DNA of 64,000 bases from Octopus vulgaris. Taxonomy: Eukaryota. The notes under the pieces are model-generated. The model was not told the DNA's origin. It did no database searches and worked only from the letters and a program-made list of their open reading frames with translations. The stretch spans positions 51,088,001 through 51,152,000 of the forward strand of contig OX597827.1 of the NCBI GenBank assembly GCA_951406725.2, read 5' to 3'. The translations under genes were made by a program, and so were the position numbers. Positions 13,218 through 25,402 of the stretch are shown here, in pieces. Positions within the stretch are counted from its first letter, which is position 1, and each line of letters starts with the position of its first letter.

Positions 13218-15893
13218 TTAGCTTAAATCCCGTTGTTTGTTGTGAAGTACTCCACAAGGATTTGCATTGGGTGCATCAGCCCAGCCTGTGCTCCACCTCG
13301 GAGCCAGTGGTGTCGCCGGCCAACCAAAATTACTATCAATACCATTGCTGCTTCCGCGCTGCTGTAGGCAAGTCGATGACACCCACTTTGAAATAATACT
13401 TGATGATTGTTGCTTGAGGGTAAGGGGCTGTGAATCTCGATGATGGTGATGGCTACTGTGTGGGTGATGGTGATGATGCTGCTGCTGTGGAGGTGGTGGT
13501 GGATGTGGTTGTGGTGGAGGGGCTTGTTGGTGTTGATGATGGTGGTGATGATGATGGCTAGGATGTTGGTGGCTGTTACTATGGTGCGGTGGTGGATGAT
13601 GGTGAGGATGCTGCTGCTGATGGTGTGGGTTAGTGTTGTTGCTGTTGCTATTATTACTGGTCGTATTACTTTCCAATGGTGGTGGTTGATGGCTTGAATG
13701 ATGATGCTGTTGTTGATGGTGTCCATGGCCAGAACTGCTGACAGCACCACTGCCAGTATGGTCACTACTTGAATGATGATTGCTACTGTTTCCACTACCT
13801 GCATTACTATTATTATTATTGTTGTTACTACTACCAGTATTATTACTACTACTGCCACTACCAGCACGGCCACTGCTGTTACCACTGCCACTACTACCAC
13901 CTCCGCTAGTAGATGTAGCATTGCCAGCAGAACTGCTACTACCATTAGCCTTAGATTCATTCCTTGATAAATGATGCCTACTTCCTGTAGTAGAAAACGT
14001 TTCCGTTGGGGTACTCGTGCTCCCCCCACTGCCGCTGCCACTTCCTCCTCGATTTCGTCCACTTCGTCCACCACCGCTGCTTCCACCGCCTTCAGTGTCA
14101 CTACCACCAACACTGCTACGATTAGAAAATGCTCGTGATGAGGAACCTGTGTGAGTCTTTTCGTGATTTTTTAGGGTTGCTCGCTGAGAAAATGCACGCT
14201 GACAGATGTCACAGTTAAATGGCTTCTCGCCGGTATGAATACGGCGATGGTTATCCAAGCTGGCTCTTTGAGTGAAAGCTTTACAACAGAAGCTACAGGT
14301 AAACGGCTTAACACCTGTGTGGGTGCGCAGATGATTGTCAAGACTTGCTTTCTGAGAGAAAGCTTTGCTGCATATTGAGCAATCAAATGTTTTTAGACTG
14401 CGTGCATGAATACGCTGTTCAATAGGATCTATAATATTGTTGCCAATACAATGATTAGAACCCAAGTGGTTCATGTTCATACGTCGTGAGAACATAGCGT
14501 TAGAGTTAAAACTAAATGGTACAGTTGGACCACCAGAAGTTCCGGTTGGTGTTGATGATGACGAAGACCGATCATTGTTGTGGTTGTCAGATCTAGATCT
14601 CTGCTCATTGTTCAGATGATGAGAAGAGAAACTGCCAAAAGACGCCTTGCCAGAGCCTAGATGAGATGAATTATTTGGAGTTGCCGATGACGATGGTGAC
14701 GATGATGGATCTGCTGATGGCTTTGTTGAGGTAGAACCTGCTGACTGAACTCGATGCTGTGATGATGGTGATGTAGCACATTGTTCAGGTGAAATATTGC
14801 TGTTGTTCATTGTGAGTCCAGGCCTCGGAGGAAACACAACCATGTCTGGACCAGGAAAGAATGGCATTGCAGGAGTGCTGCTGTTACTTCCATTGTTGCC
14901 ATTTTCGCTGGCATTATCCTCATTGTTGTTATTAGCAATGATACCATTACTCTGATGGTTATTAAACTTATTTGTAAAATGGGTTCGTTCATGATTCATT
15001 AAGGTTGCACGCTGAGAGAAGCATTTTCCACAAAAAAAACAACAAAACGGACGTTCCCCAGTATGAATTCTCTTGTGATTGTCTAAGTTAGCCCGCTGGG
15101 CAAACGCCTTTGAACAATAGAAACAGATAAAGGGTTTCTCTCCAGTATGTGTGCGACGATGGTTGTCAAGCGAAGTCCTCTGGCTGAAAGCACGTGGACA
15201 ATCTGGACAGGCAAAAGGGCGGATGCCCGTATGTGTGAGTTCATGCGATCGCAAACGATCTCGTTTTGGAAATGCTTTTGAACAATATGCACAGTTAAAG
15301 TGTTTTTCTGAATCCCTTGTTCGCTCATGACTGTTGAACGTTGACCTTCGTGCAAAACCCTTCCGGCAGACTTGACATTTGTAAGGTTTAGTAGTACTGC
15401 TACCACCACCACTGCCACCACCACCACCGCCGCCGCCGCCGCCACCACCACAACCACCGCCCCCACTGGTGCCACTCCCAGTGGTAGTGTTATAGTGATG
15501 AGAATGGGAATGACTAGTAATTCCTGTCCCACTTCTTTGTTCCACCGATGAAGTGGTTGTAGTTGTTGGTGATGAAATAGAGCTGGTTGATGGAGTACTA
15601 GATTTTATGGGTGGCGATGCCGCTGAAGATGAGGGAGGTGGTGAAGATATTGTTGGTTGATCAGACGTCTGATTATGCAAATTTGAAGGATTCTGTCCAC
15701 CACTGCTACTACTACTGCTGCCACAACAGGTGCTCATTCCAGATGAGCGTTTCATTGAATGATGATGCAGATGGTTGGTATGGAGATGCTGGCCATTTGG
15801 CGGCATCGTTGGTAACCCTGGAGTTGCAGACGTAGGAGGGGTAAAATTGAACTGAGGATTCCCCATTGCATATAATGGTTGAAATGCATACAT
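13218..15893 (-). CDS. C2H2 zinc-finger transcription factor, 891 aa; 8 fingers (first degenerate) in two clusters, Ser/Gly/Asn low-complexity linkers, His/Gln/Pro-rich C-terminus
   Basis: Long ORF with CX2C-X12-HX3H repeats and TGEKP-type linkers (cluster 1 14979-15383, cluster 2 14151-14387); ATG in acaaaATG context. Confidence 0.95.
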   Translation of the reverse strand: MYAFQPLYAMGNPQFNFTPPTSATPGLPTMPPNGQHLHTNHLHHHSMKRSSGMSTCCGSSSSSSGGQNPSNLHNQTSDQPTISSPPPSSSAASPPIKSSTPSTSSISSPTTTTTSSVEQRSGTGITSHSHSHHYNTTTGSGTSGGGGCGGGGGGGGGGGGSGGGSSTTKPYKCQVCRKGFARRSTFNSHERTRDSEKHFNCAYCSKAFPKRDRLRSHELTHTGIRPFACPDCPRAFSQRTSLDNHRRTHTGEKPFICFYCSKAFAQRANLDNHKRIHTGERPFCCFFCGKCFSQRATLMNHERTHFTNKFNNHQSNGIIANNNNEDNASENGNNGSNSSTPAMPFFPGPDMVVFPPRPGLTMNNSNISPEQCATSPSSQHRVQSAGSTSTKPSADPSSSPSSSATPNNSSHLGSGKASFGSFSSHHLNNEQRSRSDNHNNDRSSSSSTPTGTSGGPTVPFSFNSNAMFSRRMNMNHLGSNHCIGNNIIDPIEQRIHARSLKTFDCSICSKAFSQKASLDNHLRTHTGVKPFTCSFCCKAFTQRASLDNHRRIHTGEKPFNCDICQRAFSQRATLKNHEKTHTGSSSRAFSNRSSVGGSDTEGGGSSGGGRSGRNRGGSGSGSGGSTSTPTETFSTTGSRHHLSRNESKANGSSSSAGNATSTSGGGSSGSGNSSGRAGSGSSSNNTGSSNNNNNNSNAGSGNSSNHHSSSDHTGSGAVSSSGHGHHQQQHHHSSHQPPPLESNTTSNNSNSNNTNPHHQQQHPHHHPPPHHSNSHQHPSHHHHHHHQHQQAPPPQPHPPPPPQQQHHHHHPHSSHHHHRDSQPLTLKQQSSSIISKWVSSTCLQQRGSSNGIDSNFGWPATPLAPRWSTGWADAPNANPCGVLHNKQRDLS

Positions 15894-16655
15894 TTTGTGT
15901 GGTGATTAAGACTTCCAAATCTATTTTGATATACATACGCACACACATATATATATGTATATATATATATAAATATCTATATATACATATATATGTATAT
16001 ATATATATATATGTTTATATATATATATATACAATATGAGGTCAATAAAATATCCTTAAAGTTAAAAATTTTAAATACTTAATATAGTACATTATCTAAA
16101 TTGAAAAGTGAGCCTCCTCTTTTTAGTGCATAATATTGGTTTCAGAACAGTTAGCAAGGCAACAAAACATAAATGCAAGTTGCCTAATAAAATAACAAGA
16201 AGTAGGTTTACTTTTACAAAGATAAAAATATAAAATCCTATTCCGAAAGAAACTGGTCAGACAGTCATGTTTGTGCACTACTGAGGAAAAAGGTTGGAAA
16301 AGAAAAAAAATTGTTCATAAAAAAATTGGTACTTCTCTTATCTGGCAAATCAGCCGAAGTGATTAAAGATAAAGAGAATATTTTCATCAACAGTTATTGA
16401 AATACTTCATTATTTAAATGAGTTGTTTCAAAATCTCATCATTTGACATAACAAAATGGTAGAACAATGTTATACTGTTCTCTGACATGAGGTCAAACGG
16501 GTGTTAAAAATAATGTTATAATCCATCGTTAAACAGTGAAAAGACACCATAGGAAATTTGGAAACCCCAACTTATAACTGTTTGTAAAATCAACTGCAAT
16601 CATTAGGCTCTTCTCACATCTTCGGTTCCAAAGTTGAAGAACAAAGAAAAGAAAC
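15894..16655 (-). other. Probable 5' UTR portion of the ZNF coding exon
   Basis: Strong minus-strand acceptor ctttctatttttcacag|G with exon starting at 16655; unique non-TE sequence down to the ATG. An internal extra intron cannot be excluded. Confidence 0.6.
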
Positions 16656-16787
16656 CTGTGAAAAATAGAAAGAAATATCAATTAATATTGCTTTGTATTT
16701 AAATATACACTTGATTTTAAGAATTACACAAACATTTATGAAAATATTGCATTAAAACAAATAAATAATAATTTAAAACAGTAATCA

Positions 16788-17022
16788 TTGATTGTGGCCA
16801 TTGCCAGCCTCGCCTGGCACCTGTGCAGGTGGCACGTAAAAAGCACCCACTACACTCATGGAGTGGTTGGCGTTAGGAAGGGCATCCAGCCGTAGAAACA
16901 TTGCCAGATAAGACTGGAGCCTGGTGCAGCCTTCTGGCTTCCCAGATCCCCGGTCGAACCATCTAACCCATGCTAGCATGGAGAACGGACGTTAAACGAT
17001 GATGATGATGATGATGATGATG
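16788..17022 (+). mobile_element. RTE-tail repeat with (GAT)n tail
   Basis: Matches the 3' UTR of the RTE at 28030-29977. Confidence 0.85.
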
Positions 17023-17090
17023 AATTTCCTTCTCTGTAGAGTATACATTACTGTCTCTCTCTCCTGCAGTCTTTATACAATAATTAATTT

Positions 17091-17480
17091 GTGGCTGTGT
17101 GGTAAGTAGCTTGCTTACCAACCACATGGTTCCAGGTTCAGTCCCACTGCGTGGCACCTTGGGCAAGTGTCTTCTACTATAGCCTCGGGCTGACCAAAGC
17201 CTTGTGAGTGGATCTGGTAGACAGAAACTGGAAGAAGCCCGTCGTATATATGTATATATATGTATGTGTGTATATGTTTGTGTGTCTGTGTTTGTCCCCC
17301 CACCATTGCTTGACAACCGATGGTGGTGTGTTTATGTTCCCCGTAACTTAACGGTTCAGCAAAAGAGACTGACAGAATAAGTACTAGGCTTACAAAGAAA
17401 AAGTCCTGGGGTTGATTTACTCGACTAAAGGGCGGTGCTCCAGCATGGCCGCGGTCAAATGACTGAAACAAGTAAAAGAA
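17091..17480 (+). mobile_element. tRNA-derived CORE-type SINE
   Basis: Same family as 6185-6610. Confidence 0.85.
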
Positions 17481-18979
17481 CACTAAATTTTAAATTATTG
17501 CCTTTATTTTATTGTCACAGCGTTTTATATAGACCTCATACAACCAAAGTTTAACATACTCCAGACATTAATATATGTAACTTGCCACTATAGAAGATGT
17601 TACTTCAGATACACAGAAGTACTCAGAGTTTACCATTCTTTAGTTACCGTTCTTTAGTTATATTTGTTTACATTAGAATTGTAATTTTTGGTAAATAAGA
17701 GCATTGAAAGTAAGGTCAGGATTAAATAATATTAAGAAAAATCTGTGTTTTGAAAGTGGAATTCGCAGAAATTATGTAAATTACTACATGGCAATCTTAT
17801 ATACTTTATATTTAACTCTGGTAAAAGTCACAAATTTGGGGAAATTTAATCAATATTAGTATGGACGACTCTAAAAGGGTGGAAGGCAAATTTGCGTTAA
17901 GGAGAATTTGAAGTCAGAATGTAAAGGGAGGTAAGTACAGACTGCACATCATTGAGTTTGGTTACACAATGTTTTCATTCACACCTATGTCACAAATATC
18001 AAATATCAAATATCAAAGATGTATTTTTGATTATATTAACTGACAACCTTTTTCTTCTAAATGTAAAACTTCTATTTTAGTTCTTAACAATGAAAGCAAG
18101 CTCATTTACATAATTTCTGCGAATTCCATTTTCAAAACACAGATTTTTTTTAATATCATTTAATCCTGACCTTACTTTCAATGCTCTTATTTACCTAAAA
18201 ATAACAATTCTAATGTAAACAAATATTTATGAGACTTCCATTTTAGCCAAGCCCATCACAATTTTTAGGAGTGTAAAGGTCAACGTCAGATAGTGTCAAG
18301 ATATAAAATGATAAAGTGTAATCTGAGGGATATTTGGCAACTATTTATAGCAGATTGAACAACAATGTAGAGACCCCTTCTCTGGTTTGTACCCATATCT
18401 ATGCTTTATCAAGATGCTATAAAAACATTTTTACTCTATCCACTAATTCAAGTTACTTGAAAAGTTCTAAATATCAATAAATTTCCATGGAAATTTAGAA
18501 CTCAATATTATTAACCCATTAGCATTCAGTAGTAAAATGTTAGAAACATAAATTGTGACTAAGGTTTGATGGAAGATTTTAATTCAAAACTTATGGAAAC
18601 AAGACATTTGCACTACAGAGCCAGAGTCGGTTCCAGCTGGGTTGATAACGAAAGGGTTAAAATGTCTGTCAAATATGTTAGTGTGAAATCAGCAGCCCCC
18701 AAAAATGGCCAGTGAATATTTCACTGCAAAAAATATGAGAATATGGTTAACAGAAACTTCACTCTTGTTGATAACAAGCCAAAGTGGTCGATCAAACTAC
18801 TAGAAAGAGCAACCAAATTTCCCTCATATCACACTTTAACATCTGAAAAATAGTGTGTGCATGTGTGTCATCTGTTCAAGTTGACACTGGCCTAAGCACG
18901 TCTCATACCCAGCATGTTTCTCTTTTGTTTTTCTTTTACCTGTCTACGTGTACATTTGTCTTGTCTTTAGGATGATGAT

Positions 18980-19564
18980 GTTACTCCATCAAATATAATA
19001 TTTATTCATATTGTTTTGAATTAATCACGCATTAATCTCATAGCTTCAAGATTTTAATGATTGTTTGTTTTTAGAATGACATTGTAGGATAGTCCATCCC
19101 CTCCTCACCGTGGTGGGGACGCTGGCAACGGGTAGTGTCAGAGCTATGCCGTCGGGAACTTCGGTTCTTGGTAGGGCCACCAAAGGTAGATTGGTCTGAC
19201 ACTGAATGGTATTAGGGCCACAACCTGGCAGACGGGGCTCCTCGGTGAAAATCCTTGGAGTGTCTGCTTCGGCAACCGGCTGCTCCTCAGTCGTTCTGTC
19301 CCTGCGTCTGCGGACAATCTGCGGCAAACAGGATGTCTCCACATGCGGGATTGTTGGGGATTGCTTGTGAAATCCACATATTCCCACGAAACTTCTTCCA
19401 TGAGTAGAAGAAGCCAACTCAACCCACCCAGGGTGAATGTCACCACAAGTACAAGTAAGTAAGTATTGTAGGATAGGTGTGAAAGGCCAAATCTGGCCAT
19501 TTTGAACATAAAACAGGCAAACTATTTAATCCTGATATGGCTGGTTTAAATGTTAAAGGGTTAA
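18980..19564. mobile_element. piggyBac-type MITE (host of the 19093-19464 insert)
   Basis: AAAGGG|TTAA terminus; inverted related copy at ~20455-20630. Confidence 0.6.
19093..19464 (+). mobile_element. Short bipartite RTE-derived retroposon
   Basis: Perfect 12-bp TSD ATTGTAGGATAG (19081-19092, 19465-19476); (AAGT)n tail; RTE-5'UTR-like GAGCTATGCCG...AGGGCCACC motif. Confidence 0.75.
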
Positions 19565-19875
19565 GGAAATATAGAAAGGAATGTTATTATTGTAAACTGA
19601 GGAAAGTCATCTGGTCATCAATGTTCCATTTTTTTAGGTGGACATTAATTCAATGCATTCTTCTTTTTTAAGATGGTATGGTGTGATTTAAGAAAAAATT
19701 TGCTGTAATTTGGTGTGATTTAAGAAAAAATTTGCTGTAATTTCTAGCACAGTAAATATCTATGCAGTGGTTCCTTTACTGGTATTTAGAACGGAATGAT
19801 TAATTGTATTAGTACACAAAGAGTGAATCTTTAGCAAAGACCATCATTTGTAGAAGTCATTGAAAAATAAAGTGA

Positions 19876-20055
19876 ATAAGGAAATAATTGCAGGATAATG
19901 CTAATAATATCACATGAACATGATAAACTACCCATATTTTGCAGAAAAATGTGTCAGTGAGCCAACACATTTTTCTGCAATATATGGGTAGTTTATCCTG
20001 TTCATACGATATTATTAGCGTTATCCTGCAGTTGAGAATAAAATTATTTCCTTAT
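19876..20055. repeat. Fold-back (hairpin) element
   Basis: About 65-bp near-perfect inverted arms around a short loop at ~19955, with additional outer pairing. Confidence 0.8.
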
Positions 20056-21373
20056 CTTTCAATACATCTCAGCGCTTCTAAAGCAAACTTTGCTTGTTTA
20101 CTTTCATTGTAATTTGAATTTCAAGTAAAGTGAATATTTCACTGCAAAAAATATGAGAATATGGTTAACAGAAACTTCACTCTTGTTGATAACAAGCCAA
20201 AGTGGTCGATCAAACTACTAGAAAGAGCAACCAAATTTCCCTCATATCACACCTTAACATCTGAAAAATAGTGTGTGCATGTGTGTTATCTGGCCTAAAA
20301 ACTGGGTACATGTTTATGTAACCTATAGTTTGACAAACAGAGATCAGTGAAATAAGTATTGGTTGGTATGATTGTTTAAACCCCTGATGGCAAAGCCCCA
20401 GCATCCACAAACTGTCCAATGAATGAAACCAGTGAAAAAAGTAATAAAATGATGAATTTAGCATTTAAACCAGCCATATCCAAGCCAAATATCCTACCTG
20501 TTTTATGTTCAAATGGACTAGATCAGGCTTTTCACACCTAGCCTACAATGTCATTCTAAAAATAAATAATCATATCATCAAACTCTTGAAGCTACAAGAT
20601 AATGCATGAATAATTTAAAACAATGTGAATTTACAGATTTTAAAGACAATCTTTGCATTAAAGATTTTTTAAAAATCAAACACATTTATACTAAACTCGT
20701 AATTTAATTATGGAAAAAATAAGAAAATCATTTTAGTTATAAGCTACTTTTCATTATCATCATTTCTGTGACCACCTTTCCATGCTGGCATGGACTGGAG
20801 TGAAACAGTTTGAATACAACATCTCTCTGCTTGTTATTGTCCCTGCATCATATCTTTCGTGAAATCCAACATTCTAATATCAAAATGCTTCAGTCCCTTC
20901 TAAGTCTTCTTCCATCTTCCAATTTCACAGGCTCCTTCCTCCAACATAATTTGACATTTTTTTGCCATCAAATACACAAATTTTCTTTCAGTAACCTTAT
21001 GTCTGACACACTAGCAAAAGTAGTTAAAAGAATTACAGTGAGGCTAATGCAAAACGGGAGTTAAGAGAGAGGTTGTTGAATGAAGAAAATGCATAGGAGA
21101 GACAAGGACTACTCCAAGAAAGAACAGCTGATAAACAACTACACAGCAATCAGGTGAAAATTTCCATCGAGATTATGAAGGCAGAGAAAGTAGCTGGATA
21201 ATTCGGGAGACTCACTGAGATGCTGAAAACATCAGGCAAAGTAGAATGTGCACTAGTTGCTTGAACACTCAATCAAATATGACAAGGAAATGTCATTGCC
21301 AATAGCTGGTGTGGTAATATCATTGTCAACTGCTAGATGCCTTAGAGAGAAGAAAGCATTAAACTGATGAACT

Positions 21374-21725
21374 CATCATCATCATCATCATCGTTTAACG
21401 TCCGCTTTCCATGCTAGCATGGGTTGGACGGTTCGACTGGGGTCTGGGAAGCCAGGAGGCTGCACCAGGCCCAGTCTGATCTGGCAGTGTTTCTACAGCT
21501 GGATGCCCTTCCTAACGCCAACCACTCCGTGAGTGTAGTGGGTGCTTTTTACGTGCCAGGCGAGGCTGGCAACGGCCACGATCGGTTGGTGCTTTTTACG
21601 TGCCACCGGCACGGAGGCCAGTCAGGGCAGCGCTGGCAACGGCCATGTTCGGATGGTTCTTTTACGTGCCACCGGCACTGGTATCACAACTACAATTTCC
21701 ATTGATTTTTGAGCGATTTCGATTT
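21374..21725 (-). mobile_element. RTE-tail repeat
   Basis: Same family, inverted. Confidence 0.85.
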
Positions 21726-21759
21726 CAAAGTTATGAAAATAGCAGAAAGGGTTACAGTA

Positions 21760-22400
21760 GAGCTAATTAGAAAGAGAATTAGCTTAAATGAGAAGCAGTT
21801 TAAGTTTGTGCCAGGAGAGGAATCCACTGATAGCCTCTTCTTAGAGAGACAACTATAAACATTCTTTGCAAAGAGAGAACCACTATACTGAGCATGTGAA
21901 CCTAGGAAAGGCCACTCTCCATAGTTGAGTGTATGTTAACAAAGCTAGGAGTAGATGAATAGCTTGAGAGTTGTGCAAGCCATGTAAAGGGGTAACGTGA
22001 ACAAGATGAGGGTTAGCAACACATTCAGTAAGAAATTTTGCATGTTACTAAAGATCCAAAAGGGTTCAATTTTCAACCCCTGTTGTTTATTACAGTTCAC
22101 CAGACTGTAACAGTGGTTCAAGATTAAACTGTCCATGGGAACCCTGTATTCTGACAACATAGTTCTCATAGCTGAGTCAGGCAAACAATTAGTGGAAAAG
22201 CTGACAACATAAAAGCAGTGCTGAGAATCAAGAGATATAAATATAAACTTAGCAAAGAAAAAGTTTTAGTTAACAGCAAACAATACAGAAACTCTGCCAA
22301 ATCAAGATTGGAGCCTGGTGCAGCCATCTGGTTTGCCAGCCCACAGTCAAATCGTCCAACCCATGCTAGCATGGAAAGCAGACGTTAAACGATAATGATG

Positions 22401-22401
<1 letters not shown>
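21760..22401 (+). mobile_element. Heavily decayed RTE fragment plus RTE-tail repeat
   Basis: QFKFVPG..STD-like RT remnant, then the (GAT)n-tailed repeat. Confidence 0.6.
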
Positions 22402-22432
<31 letters not shown>

Positions 22433-22606
22433 ATAATTATTGTTGTATTTCAGAATGGTCATTTTGCCAGTTTAGCCAATATATAAACGTATAACAATAA
22501 TGATATTTTTATATAAGCTTAAAGTTTATGGTGATCACGTACAATGACTAAGGAAAGTAGTCAAATAAAGGGGCATAAATATATATATATCTTGTTATAT
22601 ATATAT

Positions 22607-22919
22607 GGCTTAGTGGTTAGGGTATTCGGCTCACGATCGTAAGGTTGTGAGTTTGATTCCCGGTGTCACATTGTGTCCTTGAGCAAGACACTTTATTTCA
22701 CGTTGCTCCAAGTCCACTCAGCTGGCAAAAATGAGTAGTACCTGTATTTCAAAAAAGGGCCAGCCTTGTCACACTGTGTCATGCTGAATCTCCTTGCGAA
22801 TTATGTTATGTGTACATGTGTCTGTGGAATGCTCAGCCACTTGCACATTAATTTCATGAGCAAGCTGTTCCATTGATCATATCAGCTGGAACCCTCTTCA
22901 GCGTAACTGATGGAGTGCT

Positions 22920-22920
<1 letters not shown>
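22607..22920 (+). mobile_element. tRNA-derived SINE (second family)
   Basis: GGCTTAGTGGTTAGG A-box, GTTTGATTCCC B-box, TGTGTCCTTGAGCAAGACAC core; flanked by TA runs. Confidence 0.75.
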
Positions 22921-22959
<39 letters not shown>

Positions 22960-22965
<6 letters not shown>

Positions 22966-23990
22966 GATTTTGCTGATGCGTGAAGTCAGAAAGATAGGCC
23001 TATAGTTTTTGGCATCTGCTCTGCTCCCCTCTTTATGGATTGGGCATATTATTCCCTCCTTCGACTTGCTTAGCAGTCTGCAATTGCAAGAAAGCTCTGG
23101 AAGAGAATCTGGAGGGGTTTTGCCAGGGTATGCTTACACGATTTGACGAGGATTGCTGGGAAACTATCAGGACCAGCAGTTGAGTTTGTGTCCACTTCAT
23201 CTATGGCTAGTAGTATAACTTCTTTACTAATGTCAATGTATTCCATCGTAACTGCCTCGTTGGTTATAGGTGAGGCAGCAAAGAAGTCCACTGGTTCGTT
23301 CACTTGTCTGTGTTCCAACAGGGTGGTAAAGACACTTTTGAACTGGTCATTTAGTACCTCACTGATCCTAGTTGGACTGTCTGTGAGGAAACCATCCTTT
23401 TGGAAGAGGGGTCCTATCTTGCAGTGTACTGAGGCTGTTTCTTTCGCATGATGAAAGAAGGCCTTTGAGTTTGGATCCATTTTTGGATCGATTTCCAGTC
23501 TGCTTTGTGGAAGTTCAAATTGGAGAGATTTCGGGTGCTTCCTTTAGGCTGTATGTCTCTGGTTACTTTCAGCCCAAACATACAGCTCTATTATGTTGTG
23601 ATCCAAGACTAATGTTGGCATCACTTTCACATCATGAATGATGTCCATATTGTTTGTGAAGCAAAGATCCAGAATGTTATTCACCCTAGTTAGTCTGAGT
23701 ACAGCTTGCTCCATGAATAGGGCATTGGTGAGGTTGTGCACATACCGAATTTAAATATGACAGTAAGACCTGGGGTGTGAGGTCATCATGGATGTATACA
23801 GCAACTCCACCATGGCTCCTTTCCCTTTTGTCTGTTTGCAGTATGGCATATTTTGGTATGTGTACTTCTGCATCCTCTATGCATAAGGCTTGATTGCATG
23901 CAGCAAGGTCTCTCAGGAAAGAAATTTTGCTTTTATTATGATGCAACAGGCTCCCAATATTTAGTAAAAATATTAGCGTGACAACTATGC
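22960..23990 (-). mobile_element. CR1/L2-group LINE fragment (endonuclease and RT N-terminus)
   Basis: TRVNNILDLCFTN and GPDSFPAILVKSC motifs in broken ORFs. Confidence 0.8.
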
Positions 23991-25182
23991 AAGCATTAGG
24001 AGAGGCCAGCCCGTGTCTGTTGACTGTGGTGGTCTTGCACAGTGGAGGGCTAAAAGTGAAGGGTTAAAAGTTGAAACAGAGTTAGTGTTCTTGTTTGCAT
24101 TCAGTTTAGACATTCATTTGCTCTGTTCAGCACTAGCCTTATTTCGTCGGAGGAGTAACGTAACACCTTTTGATTGTTTACTGCTATCTGATAGTTTGTC
24201 AGCTGCACCATGCCACTTGTCTGATCCGATTATATTTGTTGTCATTGCTCTGTGATCTGATTTACCTTGAATATCTCAATTTGTGACACAAGTTCTAATT
24301 GAACGCTGATCTCCAGGGAATAACCACTGCTTTGCTGTTAATGTCCCTTACATGTGTCATTAGTAATTATCTCATTGCAAGCTTCACTACGTTATTGTAC
24401 AGTAAGTTTTGGCAGAGTAAATACATCTGTAAATAAATTCAAAGGATTTTTATTCCCAATAACAGAGTCGAAAGATAATCTATCAAAATGTGTTCAGCGA
24501 TAATTTACCATTAGTGAAAAATTGAGTGCTATTAAACGAGTGAAAGAACATTCTGGCAATTTATCTGCTGCGTCAAGAGACTTAGGTATCGATAGAAAAC
24601 AATTGAGAGAATGGTGCACAAAAGAAACTGAGTTAATTAATATGTCAGACAAGAGGAGGCACAGATCAATTGGTGGAGGTAGAGGACCAGTACATAGGGA
24701 TCTAGAGCTTGAACTCTTACAGTGGATTGTTGTTCAACATGCAAACAATATAATTGTAAATTATCATCGTTTACAGAAATATGCTTTTGAATTGGTAAAA
24801 AGGTTTGGAATTGTGGAATTGAAATGAACAGCTTTAGATGTTCTGATAAATGAATTTTCAATTTCATGAAACAGAATAAACTGACTGTGAGAAAGATTAC
24901 ACATGTTGGTCAAGCAGACAATAAAACACTTGGAGAAAAGGTACAAATCACCAGTGACTATCTAGATAGCATTCCAGTATTAACAGCAGATAAGGATGCT
25001 GACCAGATTTATAATATGGATGAAATACCTAAAACAACGTTGACATGTAGAGTTCAACAACCATAGACTTTGTTGACAATAAAAATGTAGATGCTAGCCA
25101 CTGTGGTGCTACCAAAGCTCGTTTTACTGCTGTGTTGTATTAATGCTGCAGGAGAGGTGTTGAAAACAATGATTATCCTTAA

Positions 25183-25402
25183 CCCTTTCATTACTGTATT
25201 TATTTTGAGATGCTTTGTGTTTCTTTCTATTACTTTAAATATAACAAAGAATTTAATAAAATAACTTAGTTATCATTCAGCTAGTGTTAGGAGCATAAAT
25301 TGTGGCTAAGGTTTGGTGGAAGATTTTAATTCAAAACTTATAAAAACAAGACATTTATACTCGGAGTCAGAGCCAGTTTCAGCCGGGTTGGTAACAAAAG
25401 GG
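25183..25402. mobile_element. piggyBac-type MITE
   Basis: TTAA|CCCTTT...AAAGGG|TTAA. Confidence 0.85.

Noticed and set aside
13223-14113. 296-aa alternative-frame ORF and antisense ORFs overlapping the ZNF CDS
   Set aside because: Expected by-product of trinucleotide-rich low-complexity coding; no independent signals.
15315-15317. His-to-Arg in finger 1 as a genomically fixed A-to-I edit
   Set aside because: Codon is AGG, not CGT/CGC, so it is not a single A-to-G change from a His codon.
16416-16446. Minus-strand AUGAUGA...GAAA hammerhead-like match in the ZNF leader
   Set aside because: C3 missing, no real stem II or stem III; chance match.
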